Positions 1 to 11,400 of a stretch of 64,000 bases of DNA are shown here, in pieces; position 1 is the first letter of the stretch; each line of letters opens with the position of its first letter. The notes under the pieces were generated by a model. That model did not search any database and was not told the DNA's origin. It was given only the letters and a program-made list of their open reading frames with translations. Source of the DNA: Catajapyx aquilonaris (taxonomy: Eukaryota); contig KZ538039.1 of assembly GCA_000934665.2 (NCBI GenBank), forward strand, positions 62,001 through 126,000. Reading direction: 5' to 3'. A program made the translations under genes and the position numbers.

Positions 1-571
1 CCTGCTGTTACCTTGTAATAGAAATCATTTTCCCTGCCTCTTTACTTCATGTACAGTATTTACCCATCTCCCAAGCTACTGCTCCAGTTGTCAAGTATTG
101 TACCATTACTCCATGACTCCATGTGATTATCTCCTGATCACCGTAACAAGTTTGGTCTGATCAGCTTCAAATTCCTCTATAGACATGGCCTAGGTATGAC
201 ATAACCATAGATATTAAAGCTACCTTTAATAACATAACATTCAAGAGTTGGAGCCTTTACTGTTACTGGGGCGCAGCAGCAAAAATACCGTAGAATGCAT
301 TTTGTAGGGAATTTTTTGTGGCGAAATGCATTGTTAATCGAGACAATCACGAAGCAGGTGCCCTACGCAAAGGTTTGGCTTTGACAATGGTACCATACGA
401 GACACGATTTCATTAAAATTGTGGACATACGGGTTCAGACACGTGTCCAATTTTGTCTTCGATTTATTCACCATGTTATTCAATATACCTCCAATACACA
501 CTGTACTCCCGAGTCCCGATTATCCGTGCACTGCCAAAAAAATAACATTTTAAATTCAAGTCCAAAAAATT

Positions 572-643
572 GGGCCGAATTTTCGTCCCACTGCTAGATA
601 CTGCTAACTTAGCAGTACCTAGCAGTGAGATGAAAATTTGACC
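572..643. repeat. Short imperfect palindrome (hairpin), probably MITE-derived
   Basis: aattttcgtcccactgctagatactgctaa-c-ttagcagtacctagcagtgagatgaaaatt: arms are reverse complements with a few mismatches around a 1-nt centre. Confidence 0.75.
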
Positions 644-950
644 TACGGGGTGCTATCCAGAAGTTCGCGAACTGATGCCAGTACTTTTGAACCGCATATA
701 GTTTGTCACTACCACTCTAGGTAGTACTGCAGGTGACCCTTCTGAACTACTCCGTCGAAGTGGCAACGTCTGAGGTTGAATGGATCAGTTTCTGTGGGCG
801 GTTTTGTAGTGTTACATACGTTCTGCAAATCTATCTGGGGGTGAAAATGGATGGCCTAAAAAACAGCGTAAATTCTGTTTCAAACTTGGCAAAAGAGCTG
901 CAAACTCACAAGATGCTACAACATGCATTCGGTGACAATGCTTTAGGATT
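644..950 (+). mobile_element. Degenerate 5' fragment of a mariner-type (Tc1/mariner) DNA transposon
   Basis: Starts TA-CGGGGTGCTATCCAGAAG (mariner-like TIR after a TA). From ~847, frameshifted pieces translate as MDGLK.. / KFCFKLGKRAA / THKMLQHAFGDNALG, matching the mariner transposase N-terminal HTH pattern (KFCFKLGK.A.ETH.ML..AFGD.AL). Truncated; no DD34D region seen. Confidence 0.75.
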
Positions 951-1051
951 ATTGGTCTGCAAATAAACAAAGATTGTTGTTTTCATAGATTGTAATGCTA
1001 GTCATTGCTGGCTACCCCATTATGAGAATAAAGGTGCGTTTACATATGAGT

Positions 1052-1195
1052 GATTTGACGAGCGAAGTCATTGCCAAGCGAAGTAACCAATACTGTTTGG
1101 GGTGAAAGTAACAATCGATTTTCGCCTCAAACAATACTGGTTACTTGGGTTACTCAGCAATGTTACTGCCCGGCAATGACGTCGCTCATCAAATC
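1052..1195. mobile_element. MITE-like nested inverted repeat
   Basis: Outer arms GATTTGACGAGCGAAGTCATTGCC / GGCAATGACGTCGCTCATCAAATC; inner arms AAGTAACCAATACTGTTTGGGGTGAAA / TTTCGCCTCAAACAATACTGGTTACTT. Confidence 0.65.
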
Positions 1196-1950
1196 GCCGC
1201 TTAATGCTGTGATGTAATGAATGAATGAATATCTCGAAAAATTATTTTATATATCGCAATTTACATATCATCATCTCCTTGGTGCATGTGTCAAGGGGTG
1301 CCAAACAGATCCTGTGTGACTCCCAGTACATACTTCACATATTGACAAAGAGCCATAAGTTGTGACAACCATATAACCTGCAATATTATATAACACAAAT
1401 CAGCTGCCAATCACAACATGTAGTGGAACTCCTATAACACAACAATCCATGTCCAAGTTAAACCTGCCTGTAATAAGTGTTGAATGCAGTGGAAACGTGT
1501 CCAAAACAGATCTTTTGTTTGAACACTACACAAAATTCTCAATGTTTTTCCGTCACATACACAGCGACATCAACTCTTCATTTCTGCATGTCTACACTTT
1601 TCAGTGGAAGGTGAGAAGTGTCTTCTGGTCATTTTCTTCGTGGAATTTGAACCATTTCCAAATCAGCACAATGCCATGTTAATCCAGTGAGAAAGACACT
1701 TTTGATAGATAATGAAGCGCTTCCCATTTCTTGAATATTATGCTGGCATGCTTTTATATCAGAGAAAAAATGCTTATAATTTTTAAAAGGTTCGGATAAA
1801 AATTAATGGAATATTTCTGCTCTCCTTGTTCGTAACTAAGGTCATTGTATCATGTGGAGTTCAAAACACAGCCCTATCCACAATATTTAATAAGGTTCAG
1901 CTTATTTCCAGCAATAATGACAAAATATGGAAATATAAGAGTAACATTAT

Positions 1951-1956
1951 TTTATT
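1951..1956 (-). terminator. Candidate polyadenylation signal (AATAAA) of the EXD1-like transcript
   Basis: tttatt on + strand, ~85 nt downstream of the stop at 2041. Confidence 0.5.
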
Positions 1957-2040
1957 GCAATAACATAAAATATTTAAAATAATATTTATATTATCCTGTT
2001 TGATTAGCATCCAAACACAAGTACGTGCCTGGAGTGATTT

Positions 2041-4424
2041 CTATCTCTGTTTTTGGTCTACCGCTTCCAAAAATCCCTCTGGAAGTTTGAGTGGAAATTC
2101 CTGCAATTAAAAAAATTTGTCACATCTGTCATACACCAAACTGGCTACCACTTACTCTCGCTCTCATAGCTTCTACCTCCCACACATCCCTGAGAGTCGA
2201 CAGGTACAAGTCCACACCTCTGACGAAGCGGCTCATCATGGCTTCGTTCTGGGCCACACGCAGAGCCCTCAGGCTTCGGACTCTCTGGGAAGCCATGTGC
2301 AGCGTCTCCATTTTAAAGGGGCGCTGATCCCATATCTTATTTTCTGACATGCTTAATGCTGGTCCAATTTCTCTTGCTTCCCGCTTGGAAATGCCCAGGT
2401 ATGCCTCCAAGCAGACGGACAACTCCCGGATTTTGGGAGCGACTACACCTCTGTCACGCTGGATCAGCAAGTCCGCCACCTGGTGAATAATTGAAAATAA
2501 ATGTAGCTTTGATTGTTATAATTCCATTAATAGTGTTTTCCGAGATGTTCATTGAGAAGTAGGCTTATTACAGTAAAAATAAATAAATCTTCTTGTGATG
2601 TAAATATTGCAAGTTTACCTGCGTGTCAAAAATGTTGCAGAGCTTGATTCCATGTCTGTGATAAAGGGAATCAGAAGCCTGCCTGCAGTCATAAACCACT
2701 TTGATAATCGATGGTTCCTCCAGCAGCTTCCCTAGACCCCCTAAGTAGCAGTCCCCCTGAATCTCCTTCGTGTCAATCAGGATCACCTGGTCCCGAGTGG
2801 CAACAGACACCAGTGACGGAGACTCGTTCCTGCTCACGTAGGGGCCCTCGAACCTCAAGCCCACCACCTTCTCCTGCTTCACTTCCTCCATCGCCTGAGC
2901 AAAACTGTCCCAGTCAGCAATCACAGTGGTCTTTATTGGTCTCGGTGGGAGCTGGGAGTTGAGGGAAATAATATTCTTTTTGATGCCATCTTTAGTCTTC
3001 TCTTCAGGAGGATCCTGTTCTCTGGATATTATTTTAACTGTAATAAAAATGAGTTTCAAGATCAACATTTGTAAACCTATCATGTGTCATGGACTCATCA
3101 TTCCTGGTATGCTATGATCGACATATTTTAAATCCTTTTAGATAAAATAAGCTACATCTAGGCAAATCCTGTTATTCGCACAGGATTAATCACTTATTCT
3201 GATTTACTATTAATTATGCAACTAGCCATGTACTTCTTCCTAATCATGGAAGTGCCAAATGGTCTCTAGATTTACCCTAGTAAGGCCACTGGTCTGACAA
3301 TAAAATGTCTTGGTTGTATACAGTATATTTCCCTTTCATCACCTGGGTATTCATATGAAAGGTCCTTGTCGTCCCAAAGTGGCCTCCAACAGGGTGCTTC
3401 ATTCATGATTGTTAAGTCACTATAATGTACAACCAAATTCTACCATGCAGTAGGAAAAATTAGAAGTGGTTACACAAAGCCAGTAATAAAATTGTGATGT
3501 GAAGAGAAAATGTAGTTCACCGCCGAATGTTGAGACTGGAAGTCACTGAGGATCATGGTCATCAACCATGGATTTAAAGGTCTGATCCAGGATTGGTGAT
3601 CAGCATACGGTGTCAGCATAAGCACTGACCAGTATCTATGTGTAGCAATAAATCATCGAGGGATTCCGCAAGTCCCAATAAGTCATCCAACTTTCAGGCA
3701 CAGTCTATTTATTTTGTTGACAGAGAACTTTCTATCATACAGTTAGAAAAGGTGTAAATTTGGTCCTTTCCATAATGCTACCACCATAAAGAAAAACACC
3801 ACCAGAGTAAGTTCCAGGTATATTACTCAATACTTATTGCCCCAACCACCATCTTTAACAGGGCGTGCTTGCACAAAGTAACCAAGAAGAAGAAGAAATT
3901 CTGCAATGCTGGTACAGTAAACATAAGCCAGTACCACAATATGTTAACTCTGACAGCCTGCAAAACAATCACTGCCAATGAAGATCACTAGGTGGAATAA
4001 CCTATCATCAGATGAAATACTGTTCCAAGCCGTCTGGCCCATCCTTCATGTTATGAAATCTTCTACAGCCACATCATTACGCTCTGACACAGAATCACAG
4101 GAAGATTGGTTAGAAATAAGCACAATCAGAGAAACTTTTAATCTACATGTCGCAGCATGCACACATTCCTTCCCCGTATAACCCAATGCCTTCACACATA
4201 CCCGCAGACACGTCCTCCTTGTAGAACTTGAGGAATCCTTTCACCTCATCTCCATCAGGAATTCGTGTTATATCCTTCAGCTCCACCACATCCTTTGTTG
4301 GTGCCACCTTCTGGACCACACCCTGGAAGGTCTCACCCGACGTAGTCAGCTGGATAACATCGCCACACACAAGCTCTTCCATTTTGATTGCTCTTAATTT
4401 CAATTCAGCCATTCCTGCTTCCAT
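2041..4424 (-). CDS. EXD1: EXD1-like piRNA biogenesis protein (N-terminal Lsm-like domain + degenerate DEDDy 3'-5' exonuclease fold), ~341 aa, 4 exons: 4424-4202, 3037-2619, 2479-2156, 2100-2041
   Basis: All three introns are GT-AG with compatible phases, giving an open 1026-nt CDS. N-terminus GDVIQLTTSGETFQGVVQKV..VELKDI..FLKFYKEDV is Sm/Lsm-like; the exonuclease fold shows VVGLRFEG, LGKLLEEPSIIKVVYDCRQASDSLYHRHGIKLCNIFDTQVADLL, LSVCLEAYLG, WDQRP. Strong start context CCAAG-ATG-G. Confidence 0.85.
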
Positions 4425-4444
4425 CTTGGTCGGATCCCGTTCTG

Positions 4445-4902
4445 TTACTCCTGCTTCCCTACTTTATCGGCACCTATGCAGTACGCACGGTATATGAACA
4501 AGCCCAGCACAACGTGGACAACAACCAGAGTGGCACCGGCGGAATAAATGTTGCCCACCACCGAGTCCAAATCCAGCAGACCTGCGGGATTACAAACCAA
4601 CATGTATTTTCCTATGAAGGCAACAATTGGGCCTCATGTTTACCTTCGCAGATGTACCACTTGACCCCGAAGAAGGTGATGATTGGCGCGCAAATGACCA
4701 GAAGGCAGTAGCGAAGGGCAGTCAGGAACACCACGTTCTCAGACACCTCCTGCAAATACACACAACAGTCAGAACCAGGCTGAATTTCCCCCCCCCCCCC
4801 AAGTCCTGCCGGTCTTAAAAGAGCCTCGGTCTATAACAACAGACCGGCTGGAATACTCGCTTGCTTAGCCTTGAGCCTGGCGAACTCGCTCTGGAGATCC
4901 AT
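4445..4902 (-). CDS. VMA21: VMA21-like V-ATPase assembly factor, ~94 aa, exons 4902-4861 (tentative), 4749-4644, 4581-4445
   Basis: Exons 2+3 (canonical splice sites, phase-1 junction) translate EVSENVVFLTALRYCLLVICAPIITFFGVKWYICEG-LLDLDSVVGNIYSAGATLVVVHVVLGLFIYRAYCIGADKVGKQE*: two hydrophobic helices, the VMA21 signature VVVHVVL.LF.Y.A and a GKQE end like metazoan VMA21 (GKQD). Exon 1 (MDLQSEFARLKAKQ) needs a GC donor and is less certain. Absent from the ORF track because the exons are short. Confidence 0.85.
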
Positions 4903-5051
4903 ACGAGACACGCCTTGGAAGGTCAGCCAGACGGTCGGATTTAAACAAAGAGAATGGGCCAGGACCGGGTCCAGCAGAAATCCAACAACCAGATTCACGT
5001 GTAGAGACAACGACCCTGTATGCAAAACCATGGCACATTGGCGGACTCAAG

Positions 5052-5154
5052 CGGAAGCCATCTTTGAACTAGGCATACATTGGGTTTACACGTGCTAATC
5101 ACATCATAATTTTCGACCAATCGCAATAAGGTAAATTATAATTGCGCATGCGCA
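5052..5154 (-). promoter_or_regulatory. Housekeeping-type promoter upstream of VMA21/EXD1
   Basis: Perfect NRF1/ewg-type palindrome TGCGCATGCGCA (5143-5154), CCAAT (5117-5121), YY1-type AAGATGGC (5057-5064, minus) and ETS-like CGGAAG (5052-5057) clustered in ~100 bp just 5' of the VMA21 exons. Confidence 0.6.
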
Positions 5155-5299
5155 GTACTACGATTACTGGCACTAAAAGTTTCTTTTTTTATATATAAAA
5201 AAAAGCAACGCCACACAGCGGCACCTTTGGTCACTTACAGCCTGCACGTTGTTGACCGGTTAATTTCAAATATGAAAACACAATTTGGCAACCACAAAT

Positions 5300-5305
5300 T
5301 TTATT
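5300..5305 (-). terminator. Candidate polyadenylation signal (AATAAA) of flippase copy A
   Basis: tttatt on + strand, ~95 nt downstream of the stop at 5401. Confidence 0.5.
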
Positions 5306-5400
5306 CTATTTTGTTTCGCTTGCGGAAATATGGCAATACATTTTTTTTTTTTAATTCGGGGAATTTTCTGACAGATAATTTACATGATGAAGGGGAAGGT

Positions 5401-8400
5401 TTAATAAGATCCACCTATAAAGTGTCGTCTGGGATTAGTTGTGTCATAAGCTCGGATGAGTTCGTTTTGTGTCACTTGTCCACCCTCTTGCTGGGAGAAG
5501 GAGAAGCCACCTAATGGGCAAGTATATAGAAAGAATAATTAGCAGAAAGTTCTCCCAACCAAAAAAAATGTGAACAAGTGTAGTGGCAACATGTGATTAC
5601 ACAATTTTTTTTTAATGTAGGTATAACCCCGCATTCAAATTCATGTCAAGTGTCATGCTTCTTGAGTACTGTGTATTCGACTAGGCTATATGCTGTCTGC
5701 ATGTGGATGAGTGTGACAATCATAATTTTTCTGTACAGTATACTTACGCATTGGTGTCTGATCCCAAGAATCCCTCCGACTGTAGCGAGAAACCCTGAGA
5801 GAGAGAGAAAACACATGAGAATTCAGGTTAGGTCAGCCTTCAAAATTTCATGAACTGAAAACCATCACGAAAAGTGGCATATATGTAAAACATTTATGTT
5901 ACATTTCTGAAAGTCATTACGTGCCCCTAAAACTAGTGTCATTTCTACAAAATTCCTTACCTATTAGGTACTGTTCGTGCGGGGATAAATTGAACAAGTT
6001 CTATATTTTCTATCTCATTTTCCCTCCAAGCCTCTTGCACGTCCTTAAACAGGATATTCTTCACTCTGAAAGAAAAGTGTATTCATCAATTTTATTGAAA
6101 TCTTGATTAAACTTTCATAACAATAATAACAACAACAACAACAACAATGATCCCAATTATTATAAAGCTCAATATTTGTACATAATTATGTACAGTATAA
6201 TGTCACGTTTTGAATTGCAATAGCAACCATTGTCGACAAACAAAGAGTTCCGTTGTTATAGAAAAGACTCGGGGTGAGAATGTGGAATGGGAGGTAGTCC
6301 GCCATCTACACTTGGGACATAATGTCGCACATAATTGTTGTCCCAGTTGCTAGACAACTGTCAGAGTATTTAGACGCACAGTCAGTATAGTTGTCATGTA
6401 CAAGCCCAAACCAGTAGTTTGGTTCCAGCTCAGCACTAAATAAAACTGTTACGACCATGCCAAACCACCGTTGCGCCTTTGTGTGCAAGTTCAGGGCAGA
6501 AAAAGGCCCGTCAGCAGAACTCTTTGATCTCACCTTTCACATTTCCATGGAGATGCTACTGAATAGGAAAAAAAAAAAGAAAAGAAGAAGACAGTGTCAA
6601 CAATCAATCTTGGCCCAAGTAAAGACGGTGGATTCCTCAGCCGAGGAAAGGGGAAATGATAGGGAGTCAGTCGTTGCTCTAGATAACTTATAATACATAT
6701 TAAAGCAGAAATCTGTGACGACAACCAAAAATGAGGATTTACCTCCCCTGCCCACAGACCCTCACACCCCTGACGGGCCAAGTGAAAACCCTGTATAAAG
6801 GCTTTTTGTCATGTCGAGATATTCGTGTTTGAAATTTTTTGTTTCCATTATCGTATATGGAAGTGCATGACTTCAATTGGGCAAAACTTTGAAAGGGTTG
6901 CTCCTACAGTTACGGGCTTTGTACTGTACCAACAGACTGTGTGACTTGCAAAAAGGAGTGCAATATGGTGCATTTATCTCCATTTATGTGATTTTCAAAG
7001 ATACGGGGTTATCACTTGGCCAGTCAGATGTCCAAGGGGTGGATTCATCCTTTAATGTCGTAAGTCATATTTTCATCATAACCGGTTGTAAACCATAGTT
7101 AATTAATTATTGGTAACTATAGTTACGACCGGCTATGACGAAAATATGACTTACGACATTATTTTGCTGAATCCACCCCCAAATAAATATTTCAAACTTT
7201 TACATAACCAGTCCCGATTGGTTTGGCGAGAATTTTGTAGGGCCTATCACAGGCCGGGTCAGCCCATAAAATGTTCCTCGACTGGTGAGATTTATTATGC
7301 CGCCCCAGGTAACAGCAGTAATAAAATATGTCAAACTAATACAGTATGGTACTAATATTTGTTGCAACACAAGAAGTTTATTATTTTGTCAGTGGAGAGA
7401 GTGTAGTTAAGCACTACTCTTTAGTCAACCATATAATACTGTAATATAGTGAATTATTCATCTGTCTGAACCATTGGTATGGCTGCCAGATGGCAAAAAA
7501 TGTGCATCGGAGGTATGGATGCCCATCTTTGGAGTTGTCTTCTATTGGTCTTTGTTATGCTGTGCTTTATTATTGCTCTACAGATTTAGCTGTTCACTGT
7601 TATACACATTCTCCTAACTACTGAGAGACGTATGTTTGTTCTCAATTCTCAGCAATTATTTTGCTACTTTTTGATAATATTTTTCAAAAAATGATCAAAA
7701 TGTACCCTTTAAAATCACCATAAAATAGATGTTTGAGGTCCAACCACTTACTAGTATGTTGGATTGAATATAATTGCTAATTAATTTTATAAATTCATAA
7801 AAATACAAAATGGGAAGTAGTCTGGCTTATTAAACATCAAGTATGCTACATAATATTATGAAAGCATCTTTGCAGACAGCAAATAAACAATCGTTTCCAC
7901 TCACATTGTAATGATTATCGTGGTAATGCATTTACAGGAGGAGTCCTACCATGAAAAACCTTTTGCAGTCATTTCTTTAGGTTGCAATACTCACGTTTTA
8001 TAGGTAAGATCAATCAAGAGGGCTGTGACAGGAGTTAGAACCAGTCCTGCCCAAAAGACTGGCGTGCTATACATCATGTGGTCAATACCACATATCTCCG
8101 AAGGCTGGCCACTGTAAGAATTCACCTTTGAGAACAAGACACCAAAAGAGGATAAGCAGCATATTACCTTACGATTGAAAGGAAAATGAACCATACAAGT
8201 ACTGAGCCCCAGATGGACAGATGCGTTGGCCACGTCCATGATTTTGTTTCCAGTCCCGCCTTCAGGCCAACAGCAACCACAACATACTGACCAGAACAAC
8301 AGAACATATGACTGTATGAGTAAAACCTCGCCAAGAGTATTTGGTGTGCAGGGGTTTTTTCGCAACTTAATGTCGATCGCATTATGTGACCTTCCTTACA

Positions 8401-11400
8401 TGGCAACTTCCAGAGTAACATTCTGACAAGAACTCTGAGGATAATATTAAAGTATTTTTCATAGTCAAAGAACTCACTGTGTAGATTGCGGTTCCAAGGA
8501 GGAGGTAACTGCCACCCTTTCCATGTTCCCACACTGTATCACTTTCCAAGAAGGACATAGGCAGCCAGAAGAGAATGGCTGAATGTAAGACGGCATTGGC
8601 AACCCAAACCACCAGTTTCCTGTAGTTAAAAAGCTGCCCACGTTGGCAGTGTCGGTACAAGGAAGGGTGGTTGAGCTTGATCGCAGCGCTGCAAGGATGG
8701 TCAAACAGACCCATGGCCATAGGCGCTGCAGCAGTGAAGATCAGGTTGTACAAGCTCAAGGTCCACTTGTTGAAGATAATTTGAGCAGACCAGCCATTGT
8801 AAATGGCAAACCAAAATTGCATCAGCCCTATTGTGACATTCTTGTAGATGCTATAGAGAATTATTTTGCTGATGCGACTGTAATTCCATGCCCCATGGAT
8901 GAACAGAAGGCGAGAAAGGAAGCGGAACTGTATTGGTAGAAACAGTGTCACATTTTAAGAAGGACAAAAGCATTTTAAATGACATTCACGAGTCATACTT
9001 TCTACTTACTTGAGCAATAGAGTAGTCAGAAGAGCAAGCAGCCTGCCAGCCCTCCTCACCGGCAATCCCAACGCCAACATTGGCCTTCTGTATCATTGGT
9101 ACATCATTGGCCCCATCTCCTATAGCTAGAGTTATTGCCCCTGTATTTTCAGACACTAGCTCGACCAGGTCAGCCTTTTGCACGGGGGACAACCTGCAGC
9201 AAATCACTGCCCTGCAGCTTACACAGAGCTTCAGGAAATTCTGTCGCATAGGCTTCCTCAGGGCATATTTGAGGGTCTCGCCGTCTATTATAAGAGCAGC
9301 ATCGTTGTGCTTGCCCAGATTATCTCCGAAGAGATACATGTATTTCCTGATGACATCCTCGGTTGCGTTGTGATCCTTTTCATTGAAGAACAGAAGTGCC
9401 ATTTCTTGCTTCAACAATCTGCATGAATGTCCTATGTTAATGGCTGTTTCCTGCTTGTCCCCAGTCAACATCCATACATGGATGTCTGCTCTCAGCAGGT
9501 CTTGAATAGTTTCAGGGACTTTGTCCTGGAGTTTGTCTTCTATGGCTGTGGCCCCAAGAAGTACCAAATTTTTCTCTATGTGGTCTGCCACATCATCCGC
9601 TTTTGTTGTACGAGAATGGATGTATGTGGTTGACTCATAATAAAGAGATTCCCAGTCCTGAGCAAAGGCAAACAAAGAGGACATATTGATGTAGGTGCTT
9701 ACATCTCTCTAAAAGTCATTCACCATAACAACTTACCGTGTAATAATTGTCAGAAATCTCTGCCATGGCAAAACAAAGTGTTCGAAGCCCTTCAGCAGCA
9801 AAATCTTCAAGATCGTCGAGGACAGTGTCTTCATGCTGCTGTTCCTCTCGAAGCCTCTCATAGATCACTGTATCTGCTCCCTTGCAATACAGCTTAATTC
9901 TGCCCTCCGGTGTGCGAACCACTACTGACATTCGCTTTCGAGCACTGGTGAACTCCAACACGTTAAGGATCTCATAACTTTCCTGCTTGCCCAGAGCATT
10001 GATCACCACAGTCTCGGGAGTGCGAGTATGAAAGACGTACCCAAACTTTGCAGCGCCTTGGAGTATGGCCTTCTCATCTTGAAAGAAGAAACTTATTATT
10101 ATTAGAGTAACCAACTTTGCATTCATTTACATTTACCTTTACTACATTTATTCAGTACTGACCTGGAGAAGAAGCATGATAAATGATCTCTTCATCTCGC
10201 CTTTCCGGAATGACAGTGTGGCAGATGGCCATCGAAGTGAGAAATTCTTTTATCAGGGGAGCAGATGAATGATTTCTCCTTAAATTCTGTAATCCAGATA
10301 CAACACCTGTTATAATTATACAGATGAACATGGATAACTTATAGGTTGTGATCGTTATTCTCAACATCACCTGTATAATATCTGTCTGTTCTGGGTGGTG
10401 GTTAGTGGCGATGTACTTAATCCCACCCACTGTAGCCCTTTTGAATTCCATAATATTTCTTGTCAATGTTCCAGTCTTATCCGAAAATATGTACTTAACC
10501 TTGAAATAAATTAATAGTGTGCCAGTTCCAATGAGTTCTTAATGCATTGTCAAAGAGTTGCTCTTCAAAAAACCAATTATCATAAAACAATGATGTCATG
10601 AAACAATACTGACCTGCCCTAACTCTTCATTCAAATTTGAAGTCCTTGCCACAGCAGGTGTATCAGAATTCTGATCATAAAGGTCAATGTCCATGCCGAT
10701 AAATAGTGCCTGTAACAAGTGTCAAATATGCAATTTATTTGTTTAATTAATTACAAGCAATTTTCATAACTATCCAGTCTCTTTCACCTGAATGAATCTG
10801 ACACTTTCTAGTGTAACTTGAAGTGAGATTGGAACGAGATTGTGGTACAGAATGATGAACATCAGGAGAGAGTATGCCAAACTCGTTTCAGCTGTCCCCA
10901 GGTGATGCAAACATGTGAGTAGATATCTCAAAGTGACTTTTCAGCACTAGTGCGTAAGATACGTGGCTCATTCACTTACCATCCAGATGAATATACCAAA
11001 TCATTCCTCCGTGGTTCTTACTCCAGATGTTGCTGCATATGATGCTGATGAGGCACAATGAGAAGAGGAGGGCCACTAAGAGGATTAACTGCCTATTTAG
11101 AACCTTGTCCACGGTTGATCTCTTGAGATGAGGATCAGTTGAGTTCTGCATAAGTTTGGAGTCAAAACCAGTGTATACCACAACAGCCACCACCCATCTA
11201 GTGTTCCTAAGTTTGGCGCCTCTCAGGATAATCTGGTCTGTACTCAGTCGCACATGCCTGTAATGATGGTACAGTAAAGTAATGCACTTTAATGGCATTT
11301 AATAATTACATATGACTTACTTTTTACCAAACTCCTGAAGATCACCTCTGAATCCATAAAGGTTCATGTTTGGTGGTTCACACGTGAGGATGCCATGAAA

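Noticed and set aside
2129..2155. EXD1 ending at ..VSGSQFGV* as in the ORF track
   Set aside because: A gtaagt donor at 2155 and ttgcag acceptor at 2101 give an in-frame final exon (EFPLKLPEGFLEAVDQKQR*).
4424..4581. VMA21-EXD1 fusion protein by readthrough or exon-2 skipping
   Set aside because: The 20-nt spacer is out of frame, the EXD1 frame has an upstream TAA, and skipping VMA21 exon 2 meets a TAG within exon 3.
4388..4818. Plus-strand ORFs 4388-4711 and 4627-4818
   Set aside because: Antisense shadows of the VMA21 transmembrane exons (His/Asn/Gln-rich pattern).
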